This document shows, one piece after another, positions 48,213 through 59,017 of a stretch of 64,000 nt of DNA. Source of the DNA: a virus (lineage: Duplodnaviria > Caudoviricetes); IMG/VR virus record IMGVR_UViG_3300021400_000154, positions 32,001 to 96,000 of that record, one strand, 5' to 3'. Both the position numbers and the translations under genes were made by a program. Below the pieces are notes generated by a model, which did not search any database, was not told where the DNA came from, and worked only from the letters and a program-made list of their open reading frames with translations. Position 1 is the first letter of the stretch, and every line of letters starts with the position of its first letter.

Positions 48213-49005
48213 ACTGTTCCAGAAGGCGTATACGGAGCGCTGGGGCTACATCTGGGGAACCGCAGGAGAGACCTGGACAGAAGAGAAACAGGCTGACGCG
48301 GTCAAGCAATACCATCTGGCTGAAGCGAACAAAGGCAACGTCAGCCGCTGGAAGATGACGGCGCAGTACGGTGCCAAGTGGATCAACCGCAGAGTCGCTG
48401 ACTGCTCCGGCCTCTTCTCCTGGGCCTTCAAACAGCTGAAGGGCTATATGCCCCACGGCAGCAACAGCATGTTTAAACAATACACGACAGCCAACGGCAA
48501 GATCGTCGGTGGTCGCAAGGAAAACGGAGAAGCTCTGGCTCCGGCAACAGCAGTGTTCAAGTACAACGACAAGGACGGCTACTACCATGTAGGCCTGTGC
48601 ATCGACGGCACCAAGGTGATCGAAGCACAAGGTACACAGGCCGGTGTGACGATCTCCGACGTGAAGAAGTGGCACTACTGGGGCGAACTCAAGGGCGTGA
48701 ACTATAAAACGGAGGTGAAGCCTATGGAGTATCAGAAGGCGGTTGTCATCGCGGATGGCGGTGTAAACTTCAGGTCTGGCAAATCCACCAGCGCCACCAA
48801 GATCGACGTGATCCCCAAGGGTGCAGAGATCGAGGCGGCTGATGCTGGTAATGGCTGGAGCCAGGTCAAGTACAACGGTCGGACAGGCTACTGCATGTCC
48901 AAGTATATCAAGTATGGAGAAGCGGCTTCCGACAACGAGGCCGTGAACATCATCAACAACATCATCAAGGAGCTTGGGCAGCTGAAGGAAATGCTCGAGC
49001 CGTAA
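48187..49005 (+). CDS. endolysin (NlpC/P60-type peptidase + SH3b)
   Basis: WGYIWG, ADCSGL catalytic Cys, YHVGLCI His, IEAQG; C-terminal VNFRSG..SH3-like GW..VKY.G.TGY. Confidence 0.85.
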   Translation: MIQPQDLIELFQKAYTERWGYIWGTAGETWTEEKQADAVKQYHLAEANKGNVSRWKMTAQYGAKWINRRVADCSGLFSWAFKQLKGYMPHGSNSMFKQYTTANGKIVGGRKENGEALAPATAVFKYNDKDGYYHVGLCIDGTKVIEAQGTQAGVTISDVKKWHYWGELKGVNYKTEVKPMEYQKAVVIADGGVNFRSGKSTSATKIDVIPKGAEIEAADAGNGWSQVKYNGRTGYCMSKYIKYGEAASDNEAVNIINNIIKELGQLKEMLEP

Positions 49006-49020
49006 CAGGAGGTGGATCCC

Positions 49021-49419
49021 ATGGAGCAGATCAGCGGATGGCTTTTCTCGGTAAGGGATCTGCTGACAGCGTTGGTCGCTGTGGTGACGGCTGTCGGTGT
49101 GATCTATGGATGGGTCATCAAACCCATCAAACGTCAACAGGAACTCGACAAACTGCAATCCGAAAAAATCGACAAACTTGTGGTCGCTGTGGATGAACTG
49201 AAGAAACAGGTCGATGCGAATCAAGCTGAGTACGTTCGAGACAGACTTCAGACCATGCATGAAAAATATTGTAACGAGCTTGGATGGGCTTCAGCAGAAG
49301 AGAAGCGGCGGATCGTTGACTGGTACGAAGACTACCGGAGGCGCGGCTACAACCATCTGGCAGAAACTTATGCAGAAGATATTGTGAAGCTTCCGGAGCG
49401 GCCTCCTGTGAAGGAGTGA
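49021..49419 (+). CDS. membrane-anchored lysis-region protein (holin-like)
   Basis: N-terminal TM helix, coiled coil, YxxxGYN motif. Confidence 0.55.
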   Translation: MEQISGWLFSVRDLLTALVAVVTAVGVIYGWVIKPIKRQQELDKLQSEKIDKLVVAVDELKKQVDANQAEYVRDRLQTMHEKYCNELGWASAEEKRRIVDWYEDYRRRGYNHLAETYAEDIVKLPERPPVKE

Positions 49420-49424
49420 TCCGC

Positions 49425-49715
49425 ATGTACGACAAGGACTATATCCAGTATTCCAAACGATTCACAAAGTGGGGCATGATCATGATCGGTGTGGTCATGA
49501 TTCTGTGCCTTGGGATTATCGCGTTCTGCAACTTGCCACAGTACTCCATCCAGAGCATTGTCTCGCTGTACTCCGCTTTTGCGACCGTGCTGGGCATCAC
49601 GATTGGTGCCTATCAGGGGAACTCGTCTCTGGAAAAATGGACGAGGGCGAAGTATCAGTATGAGGAACTGATGCAGAGCGAGCCGATTGATTCGGACGAA
49701 CCGTCAAACGGTTGA
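49425..49715 (+). CDS. two-TM membrane protein (holin-like)
   Basis: Two hydrophobic segments; lies within the lysis cluster. Confidence 0.5.
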   Translation: MYDKDYIQYSKRFTKWGMIMIGVVMILCLGIIAFCNLPQYSIQSIVSLYSAFATVLGITIGAYQGNSSLEKWTRAKYQYEELMQSEPIDSDEPSNG

Positions 49716-49861
49716 TTTTCTCCTGCTTTAGACTTATAAACATATAGAGTTTATGCGGGTTTCAGAGGGCCCGAATATCGCAGATGGGTATTTATTCCTG
49801 AAACCCATAAAACACAGTTTCAAGGCAGGAGATTCTAATAAGTTATTAGGAGGCGTTATCA

Positions 49862-50179
49862 ATGGATTGGACAACCATTATTGTGCTGGCGATTGGCCTG
49901 GTGTTTACTGTTCTGACCGGCGTGGCTGTGAAGCATGTGATTCCTTGGCTGAAGGAACGCCAGCTGTACGATGCTGCCATGATTGCCGTGAACGCAGCTG
50001 AGGCTGTGTATGGTCGTTATCATGGCGAGGAGAAGCTGGCTGCTGCGCTGAAGTAGCTGGCCGACAAGGGCTTCGATGTTAAGTCCGATGTCGTGATCGA
50101 GGCGCTGAACGCTGCCTGGAAAGAGATGGACAGGGCGATGATTGACGCTGGAGAGAAAGAGATCGTGAAGGCGGAGTAA
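49862..50179 (+). CDS. phage holin, LL-H family-like (1 in-frame TAG)
   Basis: N-terminal TM, IPWLK, AVNAAEAVYG...GEEKL; read-through of TAG 50054 gives 105 aa ending in TAA. Confidence 0.75.
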
Positions 50180-50184
50180 CGGAT

Positions 50185-50241
50185 AAAAAAGGGCTACCTC
50201 TCATATGTCGTAATGACACATGGGCGGTAGCCCTTTTTATT
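50185..50241. terminator. bidirectional terminator at the end of the late operon
   Basis: AAAAAAGGGCTACC...GGTAGCCCTTTTT inverted repeat with A and T flanks. Confidence 0.65.
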
Positions 50242-50369
50242 TCTTCCCAGATTCTACATGGGAAGATGGATTTTTCAATCCTGGAGAACGAATAATGGCT
50301 TTCGAAAGCATACACTCAGTGGGTGTTTTCGAAAACCATTATTGACAACAACACTCGCTGCGGTGGTCT

Positions 50370-50415
50370 GGTCTGCAAAACCTTCACTCCCCGGTTCAAA
50401 TCCGGGTGGCACCTC
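50370..50415 (+). other. attP: attP core: 3' half of tRNA-Cys(GCA)
   Basis: GGTCTGCAAAACC...CCCGGTTCAAATCCGGGTGGCACCT provides the anticodon arm, T arm and 3' acceptor strand of tRNA-Cys; no matching 5' half upstream; ~110 bp from the integrase stop. Confidence 0.75.
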
Positions 50416-50521
50416 TTCTGGGTCGAAGCATGTAACATCTGGTATTTGCGATTGGGACAGAGTTTACTGCTTCGTTTCAGTGAGCATCGGTTGCGACCGG
50501 TGCTCTTTTTGTCTTTTCTGG

Positions 50522-51493
50522 TTAGCCGGTTAAGGCGGCATACATCTCATCGAAACCGTCCCCTCTCAGGCTGACGTAGATGTTCATGGTGACGCCGATG
50601 TCTGAGTGCCCGAGAAGCTTGGAGAGAACTTTGACATCAACGTTTTTGTAGTAACAGTTGGTCGCAAAGGTATGCCGGAAGGCATGGGCTCCTCTGTACT
50701 CTACTCCTGCTGCCTTGCATACCTGGCGAATGTGTTTCGCAAGATTGTTGTAGCTGAGCCAAGAGTCTCCTGTTCCCGGAAACACCCATGTACTGTTCAA
50801 CGGCTTCAGCCTTTGCAGGAGTTCGATTGCCTTTGGAGTCAGAGGAACTGTGCGATTGCTGGCCTTGGACTTTGCGCTTGGTTGATACGCGCAAGAAGTT
50901 TTTCCTGATGGATTCAGAATGGTGGCTTCCACGCGAAGCCGCTTGCGCTGGATGTCGATCTTGTCCCAGCGAAGTGCCAGGACTTCCCCTGCTCTCAGGC
51001 CTGTCTCAAGCATCAGACCGATGGCGATCACTGCCGGATGGTTCTTTGTCTCGATGACATTCCAGATGCGTTTCTGCTCTTCCTCTGTGTAGGGCTCCAC
51101 GACTTTGGTGTGCTTCTGTAGCTTCTCATCATTGGGAAGTCTGACGCCAGCGGAAGGATCAGCAGGGATCAGATGCATGGCAGCCGCTTGTCTGAGGGGC
51201 GCAGTCACGATCTGCATCTGCTTTTTTATTGTGGATAAGCCATACCCTTTCTGGGCAAGCTCGTTGATGTAGAGCTGGATATGGAAAGCAGTAATGTCCT
51301 TGATCTGCATTGTTGCTATCCTGTGCTTCAACAAGGATTTGTATGAGCACAGCAGCCTGTTCAGCGTTGCAGATTTGACGGATCCTGCCTTGAACATATC
51401 GAGCCAAGACTTGACATAGTCTGCGAGAATCATGGATGGATACATGTTCACATCTCCTATTTCTTCGCAGCGAGTGAAGTTGTCAAGGTTCAT
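50522..51493 (-). CDS. int: tyrosine recombinase (integrase)
   Basis: ETGLRAGE (R), HAFRHTFAT (HxxR), LLGH, NIY (Y); SAM-like N-terminal domain; AGGAGG RBS before ATG 51493; no TAG. Confidence 0.92.
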   Translation of the reverse strand: MNLDNFTRCEEIGDVNMYPSMILADYVKSWLDMFKAGSVKSATLNRLLCSYKSLLKHRIATMQIKDITAFHIQLYINELAQKGYGLSTIKKQMQIVTAPLRQAAAMHLIPADPSAGVRLPNDEKLQKHTKVVEPYTEEEQKRIWNVIETKNHPAVIAIGLMLETGLRAGEVLALRWDKIDIQRKRLRVEATILNPSGKTSCAYQPSAKSKASNRTVPLTPKAIELLQRLKPLNSTWVFPGTGDSWLSYNNLAKHIRQVCKAAGVEYRGAHAFRHTFATNCYYKNVDVKVLSKLLGHSDIGVTMNIYVSLRGDGFDEMYAALTG

Positions 51494-51533
51494 AGCAGTC
51501 CTCCTTTTAAAAAATAAGGGCTGCCATACTGGT

Positions 51534-51562
51534 ATTATACCAGACATGACAGCCTATGTAAA
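51534..51562 (-). promoter_or_regulatory. sigma70 promoter for the integrase
   Basis: TTTACA-N17-TATAAT on the - strand, overlapping an inverted repeat (GGCTGCCAT...ATGACAGCC). Confidence 0.65.
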
Positions 51563-51564
51563 GG

Positions 51565-51873
51565 TTAAGCTAAACCACATACAGACCTGTCGCCGTTATG
51601 CGAACACAGATCCTGTTCTTTTGTCGCCCAGCAAACTCCCTGTCCATATATGACATTGTAATAAGGGCACATTTCGTGCTCTTTCGGCGAAGAGGGATTG
51701 CGCATCTACATAAGAATGTTTTCGATCTTAATCGCAACTGTCACAGGGATCTTCACATGTTCGTCATTCGTATCAAATGCCGTGTCGATTGCCCTGCTCA
51801 GCAAGCGCAGCGCAGTCTCAGGCTCAATCGTTTTTCGCTGACTTTCAGTGTTTATTCGCTGACTTTCAGTCAT
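51565..51873 (-). CDS. hypothetical Cys-rich protein (1 in-frame TAG)
   Basis: MTESQRINTESQRK...ENILM*MRNP...CPYY...GVCWATKEQDLCSHNGDRSVCGLA-TAA; TAG at 51706-51708. Confidence 0.6.
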
Positions 51874-51874
51874 T

Positions 51875-54800
51875 TCAGTTCACCTCCTCTGGCGGTTCTG
51901 GCAGTGGCATCCAATGGGTAACTGGTGTCGTTGGATAGATAGTACCGGAATCTTCGGAATGCCAGAATGTTCCGTCGAAATAGCCTCTTTTTGCCCTGAA
52001 CCAGTCTCCGTGGCAGTTCTTTCCTATGAACAATACCGTCTCGATCTGCATAGGCATTTCGTCCTTCACGCTGATCCATCCGCCAACGGTAGGCATTCCG
52101 TCAATAAGGTTCTTAATGTACTTTTTGGTGTACATCCCCGGATACTCCCCAACAAATACGCCCTTCAGCGCATCCGCATCAATCGGTCGCATCCCCGCTC
52201 ACCTCACTCCCTGTAATCGTTGTAAATCTCAACCTCCCAGTCACATCCGAGCCGTTCAAGATCATTCTTGCAGTAAGACCGTGCCGCCACCGTTACAACA
52301 AAGTCTGGCTGGTCAAACTCTTTCGACAGGGATAGCAGACACTGTTCCAAATTATCGTACTCCCTGACCTCGAAAAGGGGTCCTCTTGTCATGCTGACAC
52401 GAACCTTCATTCCTGCACCTCCTCCGGCGGTTCCGGTAGCGGCATCCAAAACAACGGCGTGTACCCAAGGAATCTCATTGCCTTAAATGAATCAAGCGCA
52501 ATCTCCCTGTATTTTGCCCCGCTTCTGCCCGTCCATTCATAGACAATCAGTACTTGTTCGTCTAAGTCCGGCATCCGTTCCTTGACGCTGATCCAGCCGG
52601 GCACCTCTACGGTCGGAGCATTCATGATTGCTCTTAATGGCCTATTGTGGTCAATCGTGCCTTCAAGAATGTTGTCATATGGCATATATCTGAGTTCCTC
52701 ATATAGCGCATCCGCATCAATCAGTCGCATCCCAGCTCACCTCCTTCGGCGGTTCGGGCAACGGCATCCAATGGGTAACATCAAAGTCGCAGTACCCTTC
52801 GTAGTCGTCCGTCCATTCGCTCTGCGCCCTGCCTTTTTCGTAATACACGGATGACACGCATGTCCTGTCATAGTACGCAAGGTACACTCCGTTCTTCTCT
52901 GGTAGCCTGTCTTCAACGCTAATCCAGTCACCAACGGTAGGGGTAGAATCTATGTCATCCATAATACGATGCCACATATTAAACGCTACAACTTCTTCAG
53001 GTGAATCCGTCCAGTTTTCCGGGCATTCACCAATGATTTCTTTAAGTGTATCTGCATCAATCAGTCGCATCCATGATCACCTCCTCCGGCGGTTCAGGGA
53101 GCGGGCACCAACAAATGACACGATCAGGTACCCATACGATACCGATCTTATCGTGCCACAGTTTATACTGCCGATCATACGTTCCGGTTGTTACATATTT
53201 TGTCCCGTCACCCGCGAGAATGCATATGATGTAATCCTTTGCGTCGTCTGGCAGCATGTCTTCAACATTGATCCAGCGCGGAGCATTCATTCCGATAGCC
53301 ATCCATTCCGTGATAGATTTACCGCCCATGAAGGGCTCGTTCAACGCCTCTTTAACACCGGACTTGATTATAGTTTCGAGGTTAAATTCAGCCATGCCAC
53401 TTTACCGCCTTTCCACACCATGGGCAGAAGTTGTACATTACGCCGTAGCTCATGATTTTGTGACAGTTCCCGCAAATGAGTGCCTGTATCGTTTGTTCTT
53501 CTCCGATTCCTGTACGCACAACAGTTTCCGGCCTGACAGGTTCCTGTTCTCTCAGCAGGGTAATGGCAGATTCAATGGCTTCCTCAACTTCTGACAATGT
53601 TACGTTGTCCATGTCTCCATATCCAACTCTCGTCAGAGCTTTGTTCAACGATTCGATTACTTTTGCTCTCTCAGGCATCGCCGTTCACCTCTACATCTGT
53701 GTACCACTTGTAACCATCAGGACCACGAGGAATATCAGCCCAGAACAACGGGTCGCCAACCATCACATTGCCAGATATGGTGCTCCACCAAGCGCCACAT
53801 ACTAGTGCGCCCATGTCCGGCACAAGAACATCTTTTGTCTTTAGCAAGACAAGGACTTCTACGCCGTCCTTGGGCAAGCGCTCCTCAACGCTTATCCAGA
53901 AATCTGGTTTTACTGTCTCCTGCTCCTGGAGCAAGGCGAGGGCATCCAACATAACGGCATCTGTGCAATAATCGTTGCCCTGATAAGGACATTTCTGGCA
54001 TTCCTCAACAGGCGTACTGTCTGTGCAAACTGTCAAACCACGGATAACAGCCTCACGATCAGGCATCCCTGCAACCTCCTCGTATCTGTTGCCTGTGTAC
54101 TTCAGCAAGGCAATCGCGTCATCGTAAATCGGGCAGTAGCCTTCAGGTGTATCAGCGTCTCTCGCATACGGACACCCGTTGCATACTGCCGTTTCTTTGT
54201 GGTGCTCAAGGGCTTTTAGCACCTTTTCTCTGTCAGGCATTCCGCTCATCCTCCACAGTGAAGTATTTGTCTGTGCGGTTCTTCGATAAGCACTCAGGGC
54301 ACTCTGCATAGCAGGATGCGATTTTACTTCCTCTCGGTCCGCCATGATTGTCGAAAATGTTTACGCTGATTTCTGTTGTCTCGTACACGCATCCGCACTC
54401 ACACCTGAACCGGACTGGGTTGCAGAAGAATACACCGTGCTTGATGATTCTGGTCTGTCCATCCCAATTTTCATTCATCCACACTCACCTCATCAGGCCA
54501 TTCTTTTCTCCGCTCCGTCTCGCTCAAAAGCATCTCTCGTCCGCAGTTTGGACAGTATAGGTATGTCGCTATCCCAACCATGCCGTTACACCCAGAACAG
54601 CGGAAATGATGCGGCCTGTCCCAGATCCACTGTGCAGTCTGTCCGTTCAGCAGTTCAACTGCGCCCCATAACACCTGTTTCCACTCATCGCTGAATGCTC
54701 CGTAGGCAGCCAGAAAGTTCAGTCGCTGTATGATTTTTCCACGGTCAGGCATCCCAATCCACCTTTCTTCCACATCCGGGACAATATTTGTAATATTCTG

Positions 54801-57800
54801 CAAGAGGTTTTTCGAGGTAGTATCTGACTTCACTTACAAACTCTGTGCCGCAATTCGAGCATTTTAAGTCTGGGAAGCCATGTTCCGGCTTCACGGACTC
54901 ATGCTCTTTTAGCAAGGCGAGAGCATCGGTACACAGAGAACCAATGCCAGCTTCGCGCCCGAAATCACCGCACTCGTTGCTATACGGACACCCAGCACAG
55001 CCGCGCTTTTCGTTGAATCCACAATGCTCAAGCCCTTGGATTACTTTCTCCAGGTCGGGCATCAATACCATCTCCTCCACAGCCATTCGCCTATCGACAG
55101 GCCAATCATGATTCCGAGGACGATGCCAGCACCGACCAGGGCGAGTCCCCCAAGCCATTCATTCGTCACAGCTCGTCTCCTCCTCAATGCTGAAACGTCA
55201 AGATAAGCACACCAAGTATCATTCCACAAATTAGTCCGAAGAGGAAGAACCCCGATCTCTCATCCATCCCACTTCACCTCACTTCGTAATCTCAATGCTG
55301 GCGTATCCGACATATCCAGATACAAGCCACACCTTCTGGCCCTTCTTAATGAAAGGACATTTGCGCACAAAACGCATAGCTGCCTTTAGCGACCTGAAAT
55401 GTCTGATACGTCTGTATGGCCTCCTACCCATGCGGCTCGGAGGCTCCATAATCGTCAGGTTTGTGCTCCAAAAGTTGCAAGGCGGCGATTCGCCGTACTC
55501 ACCATATCCAAGCAGTTCATAATCTTTCGTATAACTGAACCACTGTAGACTGTCGGCATCAATCCATGCTCTTCTGCTGGTTGTCCATTTCTTGCCTCTA
55601 CCGTATCGATAAGTCGTTTTTACTCATCTCCTCTCTTGTAATCAGTCATCCCATTTAACCGCCCTTCCACACCACGGACAGTAGTTCCACCGTTCTATCT
55701 CGTATGTTTCACCCCACAACTTACCGCACGCTCCGCACTTATAACAATCATACCAAGCCCACTCTTCTACGGGCTCAACAGGCTCCTGCTCTTTTAGTAA
55801 GTCCAGAGCACTTCGTGCAATCTCCTGCACCTCGCCGTCAGAGTGGTACTGCCGCCAATCATCCTGTGCTAGCCCCTCCAGCCAACTCATTACACTAACT
55901 CGATCAGCCATCCCACTTCACCTCCGTCCCACAGTGCCCGCAGTAGTGCGGGTGATCTTCCGGATACAGCGGCCATTTGCAGATCTGACAAATAGCTCCG
56001 GGATCACGAACACGGATAGTATGCCCGTGCGCCTTCATGTATTCGATAGCGAACTCGATTGCGTCGAGAGCAGCAGTTTCTTCGCCACCGCACACGTCAA
56101 AGAATCCACGCTCAAGAATTCTAATGGCCTCATTCCTTGTCATTGATTTTACCTCTCTCTACCCAGTCTCCGATCTCGGCACTGTTGTATTGTTCTGCCG
56201 AGACCATCCACTTGTCTTTCTTGTCGTCCAGTGTCACGATGAAGATGTATGACTCTTCATGATGGTAGCGGCGACGCATCGGGATGACCGCTTTCCCGGC
56301 GCGAATCATGACGGTCGTGGTACCCGTTCGTGCCGGGACGTACTGCTTCTCTGCCAGCCACCCGGCATCCAGATGATTGTGGATCGTCATGTAGACACCG
56401 TATGCCGCCACTGCTACGACGACAATGCACAGCAGCGCAATCACAGAAGCGCCGATCACATCGCCCCAGTCGCGATCATAAGTTCTCTTGCTTTTAGTCC
56501 TCATGCTCCATCACCTTTCGAGACAAATAGTCGATCCGGTTCTTGAGATCCTTCACTTCCATGAACAATCCCCATACCTTGGAGACACACCAGACTGCCA
56601 TGCCACACAAAGACAAAGCGCCGATCACGGCAAGCAAGGTCATGGTGGCTTGGGCGAGTGCATTAACATTCATTTGCTGGCTCCTCCATATTAGATTCCG
56701 AAAAAGACTTTATTGTTGTGCTGAAGCAGGATGGTCTCTACTTGCTTGATGACATCCTGGAGTTTCTCCACATCCTGCTCCGAGAACTCAGAGGGCTTTT
56801 TGCGATGAACAAGCTTGTCGATTTCGATGTCTCCCAGGATTTTAAGAACCTGGTCAGAGTATGATGTGATCTTGTCCAGAAGGTCATCTATCTTCTGAAG
56901 GTATGACTTAGCCATTCGTTTCTTCCTCCTCAGGTATTTCAGGGATCTCTGTCCAGTACAACACATACGGCACCCAGTACCATCTGCCGTCTTTCCACAA
57001 ACAGAGCTGCCGGTGTTTCACCCCGTTGATCAGCGTGACGCACAGATACTGCCATTCCTTATCGGGCAGTCTGTCCTTGACACGAATCCAGTCCATTGTT
57101 TTACCTCCCGTCATCCTCTTCGGTGACAAGTTCTTCCAGCACTTCAATCATGTCGTTCTCGACAGCGAAAGATCTCTCGCTGCACACACCATCGTAGGGG
57201 CAGCCGTCGCAGTCTTCGTCGCTGATGCACTTCTTCAACGCAGTAAGCAGATTATTAATGTTAACCATAGTTACACCTCCATAGTTTTATCTTCAGACAT
57301 TCGGCAAGTCTTTATCTTTTTTGCCGATAAGCAGCTGATAAGCATCTTCCAAGATGTCATCGAAACAGTCGCGCGGCGAATCGGCATATGGGCATCCAAT
57401 CAATTTACAACTTCCCGTATTAACAGGACAGCCGTTGCCTTTATCGCTGTTGTGCCAGAGCGTTAAACCACGCAGGACTTTTTCCTCCAGCGTCAAGGGC
57501 TTCTTCAGGATCTCAGGGGCCTCTGTCCAATAAGCGATTGCGCGCATGCTCAGCTTAGGCTGGCATTCGCAGAAGAAATATCGCGCAACCGCATCATAAA
57601 CAGCAGAAACAATGCTATCTTTTCCTTCGTCATCAATAAGATAAACAAGATAACGTCCTGACTTCTCAGGGAGGCGATCATTCGAGTCAATCCAATCCAT
57701 GTTGTCCTCCTTAATCCTGGGTATCGTCAGGAGCGCCCCATTCCTTCTCGCCTTTGAGATAAATATCGAACGCAGAAGGAGTGATCTTACCGAAGACGCT

Positions 57801-58293
57801 CCACGATCCGAAATCGAAATAGGTTCCATCGTCTGCGTCCCAGAATCTTATGTATGACGGTTCCTTTCCGGTTGTTTCTTTTGCGAGCTTCCTGATCTCG
57901 TCCCCGATCTCTCTCGCTGTCGGCTCATAATCCCATGTTTTCGTCAGGTATGAGCCATCTTCGCAGCGGTAAAACTGATACTTTGCCATAGAATCCTCCT
58001 TAAATCTTGACGCGATTATTAAAAGCGCCCTCTCGTTCCAGATACTCCTGACGAAGCAGCAACGTATCTCCAGAAGGCGTTTTTACTTTGATTGTGTTGT
58101 AGTGGAACCAGTGCGATCCTGCGGCGTTCACGTGATGCCAGATGTATTCCACGTTGTGCCACATCTTCAGGATCCTGAATGGGCCTATCGTAGGCGAAAA
58201 GAAGTCGCGTATATACAGAAGCTGGTTGTCCCGTATTCGCCTGCGGTAGTGAAGTTTCATTGGGTTGATCTCATTGAGCCTTGAAGGAATCAT
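51875..58293 (-). CDS. array of about 20 small early/middle genes (DUF551-like and Zn-ribbon proteins, small membrane peptides)
   Basis: Tightly coupled ORFs, e.g. 51875-52192, 52407-52730, 52717-53070, 53057-53395, 53388-53678, 53671-54240, 54471-54752, 54745-55062, 55642-55911, 55904-56143, 56130-56504, 57293-57700. Motifs WISVKDRLP...HWMPLPEPP and YCPxCGxxVKW; GAGGTG RBSs; TGA/TAA stops. Confidence 0.75.
55279..55627 (-). pseudogene. frameshifted hypothetical gene
   Basis: GAGGAG RBS + ATG AGT AAAAA; deleting one A (55617-55621) gives a 115-aa ORF MSKTTYRYGRG...IEITK-TGA that exactly fills the gap. Confidence 0.5.
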
Positions 58294-58311
58294 TTCAGCA
58301 CCTCCATAAAG

Positions 58312-58670
58312 TGTCGGCGACGGGATTCGAACCCGTAGCGTTTCTAATGTGACGGATTTTCCTGCTACTCTATGTTGCCATAGCCGCTTGCGCGTTGTAG
58401 TCTGGACTATGTCTTCACCATGTCTTTCGATTTAGGTGGCTGGTGTATAGTCTCTACGCATTTATAAACGATTGGCGGTGACCCCTTAACTGCTCACGCT
58501 TTAATCACGCCACAATCACAAATAGGAGCTTAGCGGAACCAATCGTTTAACTTAGTTCGGCGTTATCCCATAAGGATTTTCGCCGAATTAGCCAGCATTC
58601 ACTCAGGCGATTTCTCTTCCTGGTGCTCATTTAAAAGTCCGTTGTGTCTCGCCAGTTGCACCACGCCGAC
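58312..58670 (-). tRNA. tRNA-Leu(UAA) interrupted by a group I intron
   Basis: 5' exon 58670-58635 ends GGACTT; 3' exon 58360-58312 begins AAAATCCGT; spliced loop CT-TAA-AA; long variable arm; A73. Confidence 0.88.
58361..58634 (-). ncRNA. group I self-splicing intron (274 nt, no ORF)
   Basis: Exon U before the 5' splice site and terminal G; core P AATTCGGCGAAA, Q ATAACGCCGAACT, R GTAGAGACTATA, S AAGACATAGTCC. Confidence 0.88.
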
Positions 58671-58774
58671 AAAAAAAGGCTTATGCGAATTATCTACCCT
58701 ATCGGGTATAAACGTTTTACCAACACCTTAAATCTTCCTTATCGGGTATAACGCTTTCGCATAAGCCTATATCA

Positions 58775-58996
58775 TTAGATCGGGTACGCCTGCTTATCTT
58801 CTGTTTCTGCGTACACTACTTCCCATCCGTTTCGTCCAGCCAAAGCGTCAGCATAGTATTTGTCTATTCTGACCTGAGGCACGTTTGTTTTCAGCGACAT
58901 CTTGCCGTCCATCTTGTTCTGGACAGCCAGTCGTCTTTCTTGCACATTCAGATAGCATTCTTCTTCTGATGTGTCTCTGTGAAGGAAAACCTGCAA
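58775..58996 (-). CDS. hypothetical protein
   Basis: TTG start after AAGGAG; open to TAA at 58775. Confidence 0.4.
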   Translation of the reverse strand: MQVFLHRDTSEEECYLNVQERRLAVQNKMDGKMSLKTNVPQVRIDKYYADALAGRNGWEVVYAETEDKQAYPI

Positions 58997-59017
58997 CCGA
59001 TCATCTCCTTTTAAGTT

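Noticed and set aside
50325-50415. Complete tRNA-Cys gene
   Set aside because: No 5' acceptor strand or D arm; better explained as attP
51875-56143. CRISPR array or diversity-generating retroelement
   Set aside because: The repeats are degenerate coding gene ends with irregular spacing; no cas gene, reverse transcriptase or adenine-specific TR/VR pair was seen
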